From positions 1-31,363 of IMG/VR virus record IMGVR_UViG_3300012664_000303: 31,363 bases of DNA; one strand, given 5' to 3'. Positions 1-5,420 of the stretch are shown piece after piece. This stretch comes from a virus. Taxonomy: Duplodnaviria > Caudoviricetes. Under the pieces are notes generated by a model that worked only from the letters and a program-made list of their open reading frames with translations, did not search any database and was not told the DNA's origin. Within the stretch, counting starts at the first letter, position 1, and every line of letters starts with the position of its first letter. A program made the position numbers and the translations under genes.

Positions 1-55
1 AGGTCACTAGCCTTTCAAGCTAGCAAGACGGGATCGTTACCCGTACGCGATACCA
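1..55 (+). tRNA. tRNA-Glu(TTC), 5' end outside window
   Basis: Anticodon arm CTAGC-CT TTC AA-GCTAG; T arm ACGGG-ATCGTTA-CCCGT; CCA at 53-55. Confidence 0.85.
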
Positions 56-146
56 TATTAAAACGCAAAAGCGTTGGTGGTTGACGAATTATCAAACAAG
101 TGCTTTCCACATGCAGGCGTTGTAGATAATGCGTTTTAATATGGTA
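51..146 (+). ncRNA. Stem-bracketed inter-tRNA element A
   Basis: Perfect 17-bp inverted repeat TACCATATTAAAACGCA (51-67) / TGCGTTTTAATATGGTA (130-146). Confidence 0.5.
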
Positions 147-152
147 GTTTAT

Positions 153-226
153 AGCGGGAAGGTCAAGCGACCCGAGCAGTCTCATAAGCTGCATCGAGGG
201 TGGAGCGTTACCACCTCCCGCATCCA
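153..226 (+). tRNA. tRNA-Met(CAT), initiator-like (1:72 mismatch)
   Basis: GCGGGA/TCCCGC acceptor with A1:A72 mismatch; GCAGT-CT CAT AA-GCTGC; T arm GGTGG-AGCGTTA-CCACC; CCA end. Confidence 0.75.
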
Positions 227-229
227 ATT

Positions 230-311
230 TTGTAGTAAAACCCGACAGGAACGGGAGCCCAGGTTTTGGGTCAAGATCGCAACTTGTGAGGTTCGAGTCC
301 TCGACTACAAA
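230..311 (+). ncRNA. tRNA-like RNA with non-canonical anticodon loop, long variable arm, no CCA
   Basis: TTGTAGT/ACTACAA acceptor; CCCG/CGGG D arm; GCCCA-GGTTT-TGGGT; CAAG/CTTG variable arm; TGAGG-TTCGAGT-CCTCG T arm. Confidence 0.6.
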
Positions 312-321
312 TTATTTTTAT

Positions 322-399
322 TGGCCACGAGCGTGCATGGTGTATGCGCCTGACTGTTAATCAGGATTGAGCTTGGTTCGATTCCAAGGTGGCCAGCCA
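322..399 (+). tRNA. tRNA-Asn(GTT)
   Basis: TGGCCAC/GTGGCCA acceptor; CCTGA-CT GTT AA-TCAGG; TTCGATT T loop; GCCA end. Confidence 0.9.
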
Positions 400-483
400 G
401 AGCAAATAGTTATCTTGTTTTGATGCATGGTAACTCAACGGTTGTTAGTGACGATGGGTGTTATCGGAACTTCCACTAATTTA

Positions 484-558
484 GCATTGTAAACTTTGGT
501 AGTGAAGTCCAGCCTCTTAAGCTGAGAGAACTTGGTGCAACTCCAAGACGATGCACCA
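484..558 (+). tRNA. tRNA-Lys(CTT)
   Basis: GCATTGT/ACGATGC acceptor; CAGC-CT CTT AA-GCTG; T arm CTTGG-TGCAACT-CCAAG; ACCA. Confidence 0.8.
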
Positions 559-560
559 GA

Positions 561-707
561 TTTTGAGATAGACGACGAAGTTGAGTCCCTTGTGCGCTAG
601 GTCCCTATTCTTGTGACTGACACACCAGTAGCAACACAAGGTTGTTTAAACTCCTTTGATCGAGACACACTGATGAGTCCTTGAGAAAGATAGTCAGTCT
701 CTCAAAA
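561..707 (+). ncRNA. Putative ~145-nt structured RNA
   Basis: Terminal stem TTTTGAGA (561-568) / TCTCAAAA (700-707); internal CCTTGTG/CACAAGG and GCTA/TAGC helices; no plausible ORF. Confidence 0.45.
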
Positions 708-716
708 ACCTTTTAT

Positions 717-810
717 GGAAAGTAATGCAGCGGGGATGGTCCTGCGACTGGCCTTGAAAACCAGGTTCTGCTTAATCGCGGATGGGGTTCGACTCCTCTG
801 CTTTCCGCCA
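717..810 (+). tRNA. tRNA-Ser(TGA), probable 8/4 fold
   Basis: GGAAAGTA/TGCTTTCC 8-bp acceptor; 4-bp T stem GGGG/CCTC; CT TGA AA loop; long variable arm; G73-CCA. Confidence 0.8.
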
Positions 811-812
811 TT

Positions 813-896
813 TTTGAGGTGACGCTACAGTCGTAACTGCCCGGGCAGGAGAAGACAAAAAGCCTAAGTATGCAGATGAGCTCGCATAGCCTCGAA
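813..896 (+). ncRNA. Putative small structured RNA
   Basis: TTTGAGG...CCTCGAA closing stem; hairpins CAGT-CGTA-ACTG and TATGC...GCATA; palindromes GCCCGGGC and GAGCTC. Confidence 0.35.
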
Positions 897-909
897 TTGT
901 TTTTAAAAT

Positions 910-994
910 GGATGTGTAGGAAAATTGGTAACCCCAGTGGACTGTAAATCCGCCGCCTCTGGCACTGCTGGTTCGACTCCAGCCGCATCCACCA
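910..994 (+). tRNA. tRNA-Tyr(GTA)
   Basis: GGATGTG/CGCATCC acceptor; GTGGA-CT GTA AA-TCCGC; variable arm; ACCA. Confidence 0.92.
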
Positions 995-1119
995 TTTTAA
1001 AATCATATTCAACGGAGCAAGTACCGCTAAGGTTGCGGCAACTGCATCGGTCACCTGGCAGTGGCGAAAAGTATGTGTGCCAGCACAATACGAATTATTG
1101 AGTGTGATTCTAAAATGGT
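991..1119 (+). ncRNA. Stem-bracketed RNA B with kissing loops
   Basis: ~22-bp terminal stem with one A-C mismatch; internal hairpin loops CTGGCA (1055-1060) and TGCCAG (1078-1083) are complementary. Confidence 0.6.
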
Positions 1120-1122
1120 TAT

Positions 1123-1197
1123 GGTGATATAGCACAATGGCAGTGCACTTCCTTCATACGGAATAGGTTGTTGGTTCAAGTCCAACTATCACCACCA
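1123..1197 (+). tRNA. tRNA with CAT anticodon (Met elongator or Ile2)
   Basis: GGTGATA/TATCACC acceptor; TTCC-TT CAT AC-GGAA; ACCA. Confidence 0.85.
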
Positions 1198-1210
1198 ATA
1201 TATAATTCAT

Positions 1211-1285
1211 GCCCTTGTATCCTTAATGGTAGAGGTTCGCTCTTGTAAGGCGAGTGATGCGGTTCGATTCCGTACTGGGGCACCA
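1211..1285 (+). tRNA. tRNA-Thr(TGT)
   Basis: TCGCT-CT TGT AA-GGCGA; TTCGATT T loop; ACCA. Confidence 0.88.
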
Positions 1286-1293
1286 AAATTTAT

Positions 1294-1369
1294 CTCCGAT
1301 TCATATAGCCTGGTAGTATTCATGCTTTGGGAGCATGTCGCGGGGGTTCAAATCCCTCATCGGAGACCA
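1294..1369 (+). tRNA. tRNA-Pro(TGG)
   Basis: CTCCGAT/ATCGGAG acceptor; CATGC-TT TGG GA-GCATG; ACCA. Confidence 0.9.
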
Positions 1370-1387
1370 TTTTAACATGAGGATCTT

Positions 1388-1651
1388 ATGGTAGCAAAGA
1401 ACGATATTACAGGTGATTCGATACAAACGAAAGCAAGTAGTAAAGCCTTTTCTGAAGGTATCGATAGAATCTTTGATAAAGCAAAAGAACGCGAACAAAA
1501 GGAAAAAGAAAAAGCCGAGTACTTCGCAAAGCTAGCATCAGAAACTAAAGCTAAAATGAATCAACAAGAGTTTGATCTTGAAAGCTTAGATCCTGATGAA
1601 CGTTCATGGTATTACGATGCCTATGGCGTTAAGCGTAAGAAAACAAAATAA
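1388..1651 (+). CDS. Hypothetical phage protein (87 aa)
   Basis: GAGGA RBS; N-terminal MVAKNDITGDSIQTK motif I recall from T4-like small ORFs. Confidence 0.8.
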   Translation: MVAKNDITGDSIQTKASSKAFSEGIDRIFDKAKEREQKEKEKAEYFAKLASETKAKMNQQEFDLESLDPDERSWYYDAYGVKRKKTK

Positions 1652-1652
1652 T

Positions 1653-1728
1653 GCGTGCTTAGCTCAGTTGGTAGAGCAGAACGTTGCCAACGTTCAGGTC
1701 GCAGGTTCGAACCCTGTAGCCCGCACCA
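1653..1728 (+). tRNA. tRNA-Gly(GCC)
   Basis: Canonical cloverleaf; GAACG-TT GCC AA-CGTTC; ACCA. Confidence 0.92.
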
Positions 1729-1730
1729 AA

Positions 1731-1816
1731 CTATACGTTAGGAATAACAACTAATTAGTTCCGCGAAAGCCGAGAATTAGTTGCCTATCGTTAGAAGTCT
1801 CGCCCTAACATATGGC
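1731..1816 (+). ncRNA. Putative small structured RNA
   Basis: GTTAGG/CCTAAC outer stem; CAACTAATT/AATTAGTTG inner stem capped by a GC-GAAA-GC tetraloop. Confidence 0.4.
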
Positions 1817-1845
1817 GTACAATGTGATAAGTAGTATGTTAATCT

Positions 1846-1929
1846 GCGGGTGTGGTGTAATGGCAGCCACGCTGGTCTTAGAAGCCAGTGCCGAAAGGCG
1901 TGTCAGTTCGAGTCTGACCACCCGCACCA
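1846..1929 (+). tRNA. tRNA-Leu(TAG)
   Basis: GCGGGTG/CACCCGC acceptor; CTGGT-CT TAG AA-GCCAG; variable arm GCC-GAAA-GGC; ACCA. Confidence 0.93.
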
Positions 1930-1948
1930 ATTAATTTTTAGGATGAAT

Positions 1949-2209
1949 ATGATTAAACCAATACGTAACAAGATTGTAGTAGAAGAAATTGATGTAGAAA
2001 CACAACATGCATCTGGTCTGATTTTAACAAGCAAGGTTACAGGTGAAATCAAACGTGCTAAAGTTCTTGCAATCGGTAATGAAGTGCAAGAAGTAAAAGT
2101 TGGTGATGTGATTATTGTCGATTGGCAACTTGCATCTAAAACTCAATATGAAAGCAAAATTGTTTTCGTTCTCAAAGAAGAAAACGTTATTGCTGTATTC
2201 GAAGAATAA
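1949..2209 (+). CDS. groES: Co-chaperonin GroES-like (Cpn10)
   Basis: MIKPIRNKIVV...SGLIL...AKVLAIG...VKVGDVII...LKEENVIAV; start moved downstream of tRNA-Leu. Confidence 0.9.
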   Translation: MIKPIRNKIVVEEIDVETQHASGLILTSKVTGEIKRAKVLAIGNEVQEVKVGDVIIVDWQLASKTQYESKIVFVLKEENVIAVFEE

Positions 2210-2211
2210 TT

Positions 2212-2287
2212 GCCGCTAAAGCTAATCTAGTGAAAGCGATGGACTGAAAATCCATAGAGTCTGGAGCGTAACCAGATGGCGGCACCA
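2212..2287 (+). tRNA. tRNA-Phe(GAA)
   Basis: GCCGCTA/TGGCGGC acceptor; ATGGA-CT GAA AA-TCCAT; T loop AGCGTAA; ACCA. Confidence 0.88.
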
Positions 2288-2397
2288 AATAAGTGTAGTC
2301 GCTCTACACAAGAAAACACTGCGACCTTAGCTTGGCCGGGCGGTATGTCAGTTACGAAACAGTTGGGTAAAAGTCCCTATGGCTAGGCACGATTTAT

Positions 2398-2472
2398 ACC
2401 CCGTTAGTATAGTGGAAAATACTCTAGGCTACGAACTTAGGGACGGTGGTTCGATTCCATCACGGGGTACCA
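2398..2472 (+). tRNA. tRNA-Arg(ACG)
   Basis: ACCCCGT/ACGGGGT acceptor; CT ACG AA loop; ACCA. Confidence 0.9.
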
Positions 2473-2484
2473 GACAAATAATAG

Positions 2485-2513
2485 TGTACAACGAATTATT
2501 TTTGTGGTATAAT
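2485..2513 (+). promoter_or_regulatory. Phage early-type promoter upstream of the GOLLD-like RNA
   Basis: TGTACA-N17-TATAAT with extended -10 TG. Confidence 0.75.
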
Positions 2514-2519
2514 ATAAGT

Positions 2520-3395
2520 TAATGGCAGCATGATGTCATTAGGATAAGTGTAGCGATACACCCAAAGCTGGAAAGCCTACATACCAGCGCTAGTAATAGT
2601 CCATTCATGCAAGCATGCTTGGGCCCGTGAGGGTCTCTTCACTAATAAGACTGGTGGAGATAACAATGAAGCAAGTGTTGTGGAAAGAATGTTTACTTAA
2701 AGGCTTGAGTCGAAAGACGAGAGGAACCTAAGTGGATAGAGACCAACAGGTGGTGCTGTGGCTCACAACTAACCAACTTGTCAATTGGTACGAGAAAGTG
2801 TAGTGTTATATTTCGAAGGGTCGCTCCTAAGAGGTGTAGCGCAGTATTAATGGTTAGTGGCGGGTACGCGAAAGCCGAGACCCCGACACCGATCGTGAAA
2901 TACGTCTGAGTAGCTCGCGAGGCAAAAGGAACATGGTGTGTTGTATTTTGTATCTAACAAGATATGAAGCAACTGAGGCAGCACATCATAGTAGGTTGTT
3001 ATAGCGTAATGGTAACGCAACTCCCTGTTAAGGAGTCGACTATTGGTTCAAATCCAATTAACGATTAAAATGCAAAGACTGCCTCAGTTGATTGTGAAAA
3101 TCATCTAACGCTCGAGTCGTAAGACAATCGAGTCCGATGGATCCCGCAAGGTGAAGTTGGTTTGTACAATGAATTTCGTAATGGTTTAGCGACCGTGAAT
3201 TGCTCGCAAGGCAAATGTAAAGAATTGTGTAGAGTAACAATCAATGATAAGTCTAGTGCCTGACTTTCAAAACGGCGATGATGTTGAAGTACAGTAATAC
3301 CGCAAGGGTTATTGTGGATGTCTAGAGAAGAGTTGCTCGCAAGGTGGCTTATAATGCTAGAAGCTTCAACGCAGAGGGTGTAATCTCAGCCCTCT
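2520..3395 (+). ncRNA. GOLLD-like giant structured RNA (~875 nt)
   Basis: No credible ORF; many GNRA-capped hairpins (GTGA, GAAA, GCGA, GTAA, GCAA x4); 3' hairpin AGAGGGTG-TAATCTCA-GCCCTCT; own promoter; tRNA-cluster context; embedded tRNA. Confidence 0.75.
2994..3067 (+). tRNA. tRNA-Asn(GTT)-like domain embedded in the GOLLD-like RNA
   Basis: GCGT/ACGC D arm; ACTCC-CT GTT AA-GGAGT; ATTGG-TTCAAAT-CCAAT; G-U-rich acceptor; no CCA. Confidence 0.7.
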
Positions 3396-3434
3396 ACATA
3401 TTAAAGTACATTCGATGAGTGTATTTCAATATGT
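3396..3434 (+). other. Hairpin D (possible processing stem)
   Basis: ACATATTAAAGTACATTC-GAT-GAGTGTATTTCAATATGT; same arm consensus and A-C mismatch as stems B and C. Confidence 0.5.
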
Positions 3435-3438
3435 GATT

Positions 3439-3513
3439 GGACCAATAGCTTAATGGTAAAGCAGTCGACTCATAATCGACCGAGTCTTGGTTCAATTCCA
3501 AGTTGGTTCACCA
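3439..3513 (+). tRNA. tRNA with CAT anticodon (probably Ile2, or Met)
   Basis: GGACCAA/TTGGTTC acceptor; GTCGA-CT CAT AA-TCGAC; ACCA. Confidence 0.88.
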
Positions 3514-3542
3514 TTTACAACGAATTAAATCTGTGATATAAT
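3514..3542 (+). promoter_or_regulatory. Early-type promoter
   Basis: TTTACA-N17-TATAAT; spacer resembles that of the 2485 promoter. Confidence 0.65.
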
Positions 3543-3563
3543 GTCTATATAAAGGAATATGAA

Positions 3564-4145
3564 ATGCAAGTAAATCTACGTAAAGCAAATGCAATCCAAT
3601 CTGAAATCCGCAAGGCGATTCAGGCAGTTAAGTTGGAACTCAATGTTGCAGTGACTGAGTACACTGTTGATGTTCCAGCAGGTTTGGCAGTTGCGCAAAC
3701 AAATTTCTTGTCTGCAATCAAGCGTAAAGAAGCATTGAATGGTGTGTTGTTTAACATTCGTGCGACAGTTGGTCGTATCAATGCAACATCAGGTATTTCA
3801 GATGTGTTGGCTCAAGTTCAACGCGTTGATGCATTGATGACTATCGTTGGCACTGTGGCTAATGCAGCTGAAGCAAAGCCATTGAGTGAAATCACAGCTC
3901 GCATCGATAAGATGAAAGCAAACACTAACGTTGATTCACGTGCAGCTTTGTATGGCGAACGTTACAACAACGTTGAAACTAGTGTTGTATCAGCAGAAAC
4001 AATTGCTGAATACAAAAACAAGATGAAAGAATTAAAGCGTGAGAAGCAAGCGCTTCAAGATAAACTGTTGACACTGAACGTCAGCACAACTATCACTTTA
4101 AATGCAAGTGAAGTTGATCTTCTGAAAGAAGAAGGTATCTTGTAA
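3564..4145 (+). CDS. Coiled-coil protein, DIP1984/DUF6847-like
   Basis: AAGGA RBS; helical; ...IRATVGRINATSGISDVLA... and C-terminal ...LKREKQALQDKLLTLNVSTTITL resemble the family layout (by eye). Confidence 0.6.
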   Translation: MQVNLRKANAIQSEIRKAIQAVKLELNVAVTEYTVDVPAGLAVAQTNFLSAIKRKEALNGVLFNIRATVGRINATSGISDVLAQVQRVDALMTIVGTVANAAEAKPLSEITARIDKMKANTNVDSRAALYGERYNNVETSVVSAETIAEYKNKMKELKREKQALQDKLLTLNVSTTITLNASEVDLLKEEGIL

Positions 4146-4150
4146 AGTTT

Positions 4151-4406
4151 TGAGAAGGATGATAGGAAGTTACAAAGGTAAATCGCAATTTAGCCTTAAA
4201 AGCTGAATACAAATATTACAATTGGTCTTGAAAACCCAATCGTGCAACACCGGTCAACTCATAGTAGTTGCTCTTAGGAATAAACTATCAGACGAAAGTC
4301 GCTTGCTTATTGCTCCTAGGACGTATAAACTTTGTGACCTGCTTTTTGTATATTGTATCTTGCAGGTTGCCAAGCGGTTTTCCGTAATGGAATTGATTCC
4401 TTCTCA
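4151..4406 (+). ncRNA. Putative ~255-nt RNA with 7-nt periodic YTGY repeats
   Basis: Terminal stem TGAGAAGGA/TCCTTCTCA; six in-register heptads at 4332-4373; GAC-GAAA-GTC hairpin; duplicated TTGCTCYTAGGA..ATAAACT. Confidence 0.6.
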
Positions 4407-4426
4407 CCTAATGTGTCATGACTAAT

Positions 4427-4471
4427 CTCAGGAACTCCCGTACACCTGAGTTAAAATAACAAAAAAACGGG
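4427..4471 (+). ncRNA. Compact H-type pseudoknot (preQ1-I-like topology)
   Basis: CTCAGG/CCTGAG stem; loop CCCGT pairs with ACGGG after an A-rich linker. Confidence 0.45.
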
Positions 4472-4476
4472 GCCAT

Positions 4477-4550
4477 GCGGGATTAGTTTAATGGTAAAAC
4501 GAGATCCTTCCAAGTTCAAGTCAGGAGTTCGATTCTCCTATCCCGCTCCA
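4477..4550 (+). tRNA. tRNA-Gly(TCC)
   Basis: GCGGGAT/ATCCCGC acceptor; CT TCC AA loop on a weak stem; TCCA. Confidence 0.85.
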
Positions 4551-4576
4551 AATTTATTGCTGCAAATTCTTAAAGA

Positions 4577-4807
4577 ATGTTTAAAGTATTAGAAAATGAT
4601 AAGGAACTGTACTTAGCAAAAACTCTAGATGAAGCTATGGTGTTTGCTAAAGGTTATGGTTATTTTGTGACTATCAAAGGTAATGACTTTGAAGTCGTTG
4701 GTAAATTCGGTGTTGATACTGTTGCTGATGGCAAATGCCCAGACGGTATCGCATATGATTGGAATAAGGCATCACGCATTGGTCGTGTAAAGAAAGAACG
4801 TATATGA
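4577..4807 (+). CDS. Hypothetical phage protein
   Basis: 76-aa ORF between tRNAs with phage-like codon use. Confidence 0.75.
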   Translation: MFKVLENDKELYLAKTLDEAMVFAKGYGYFVTIKGNDFEVVGKFGVDTVADGKCPDGIAYDWNKASRIGRVKKERI

Positions 4808-4835
4808 AACGAAAACATAAACCTCGAAAACCTAT

Positions 4836-4910
4836 GGGGGTATAACTTAACGGCTAAAGTATCTGGCTTTTAACCAGGAAATCAGAGTTCGATTCTCTGT
4901 GCCCCTACCA
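4836..4910 (+). tRNA. tRNA-Lys(TTT)
   Basis: TCTGG-CT TTT AA-CCAGG; TTCGATT T loop; ACCA. Confidence 0.9.
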
Positions 4911-5010
4911 TATAAAAACACATTAACGACAGTTTAACGGACAAGCAGGAATTTATTCCTCCGTGTTATACAGAAGGCTTTGTATAACGGTTAGTGTGTT
5001 TCTATATGGT
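4907..5010 (+). ncRNA. Stem-bracketed RNA C
   Basis: ACCATATAAAAACACATTAAC / GTTAGTGTGTTTCTATATGGT stem; inner GTTATACA/TGTATAAC hairpin. Confidence 0.5.
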
Positions 5011-5144
5011 TATAGCGAAGAACATTGAAGTTGGTGGCAAGTAACCGAGACGACCACCTTGACGATTAAAGAAAACTGCTGGTAAAACCGATAAATTCCT
5101 TCTCAGGATTTGCAGTAGGCGACGTTAATGTTCTTCGCTATAAC
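5009..5144 (+). ncRNA. Stem-bracketed RNA E
   Basis: Perfect 18-bp GTTATAGCGAAGAACATT / AATGTTCTTCGCTATAAC; inner GGTGG/CCACC and ACTGC/GCAGT helices. Confidence 0.55.
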
Positions 5145-5147
5145 TAT

Positions 5148-5221
5148 GGTGTTAGTAGTGTAGTGGCTGCACAGCTGTCTGTGAAACAGTTAGAGAGGGT
5201 TCGATTCCCCCTTTCACCCCA
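5148..5221 (+). tRNA. tRNA-His(GTG), with acceptor mismatches
   Basis: G-1/C73; GCTGT-CT GTG AA-ACAGT; CCA. Confidence 0.75.
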
Positions 5222-5230
5222 AAAAATTAT

Positions 5231-5305
5231 GCCTTGTTAACTCAGCGGTAGAGTGTCTCCCTTACAAGGAGAAGGTCGGCGGTTCAATCCCGTCACAAGG
5301 TACCA
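5231..5305 (+). tRNA. tRNA-Val(TAC)
   Basis: TCTCC-CT TAC AA-GGAGA; ACCA. Confidence 0.9.
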
Positions 5306-5313
5306 AGTTTAGT

Positions 5314-5387
5314 TCCTGATGTGGTGTAAGTGGTATGCACACGATTAGCGCGCAGAGGTGGCAGTTCGATTCTGTCCGCAGGAGCCA
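5314..5387 (+). ncRNA. tRNA-like RNA lacking a proper anticodon arm
   Basis: Bulged acceptor TCCTG(A)TG/CGCAGGA plus GCCA; D arm; GGCAG-TTCGATT-CTGTC T arm; no 5-bp anticodon stem. Confidence 0.55.
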
Positions 5388-5420
5388 ATGATAAATATGT
5401 AAAACAACTTTGGAGTGATC

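Noticed and set aside
670-688. Hammerhead-like core CTGATGA...GAAA
   Set aside because: The intervening GTCCTTGA cannot form stem II, and I could not build stems I/III around a cleavage triplet.
717-810. Possible tRNA-Sec (GGAA start, long acceptor)
   Set aside because: Anticodon reads TGA (Ser), not TCA, and the T stem is 4 bp.
15-1135. ORFs 15-227, 129-353, 713-1135 and 903-1088
   Set aside because: They overlap tRNA genes and are shadow ORFs.
1846-1929. Suppressor tRNA or stop-codon recoding
   Set aside because: The TAG anticodon decodes CTA (Leu); no CTA, TTA or TCA anticodon was seen, and genes read normally in code 11.
1850-1948. N-terminal extension of GroES
   Set aside because: It overlaps tRNA-Leu; the real start is at 1943 or 1949.
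2288-2397. Theta/HDV-like ribozyme after tRNA-Phe
   Set aside because: I could not build the nested double pseudoknot, and the tRNA already encodes CCA.
4222-4425. 67-aa ORF inside the periodic RNA
   Set aside because: TTG start, no RBS, atypical composition; a 7-nt period does not fit codon structure.
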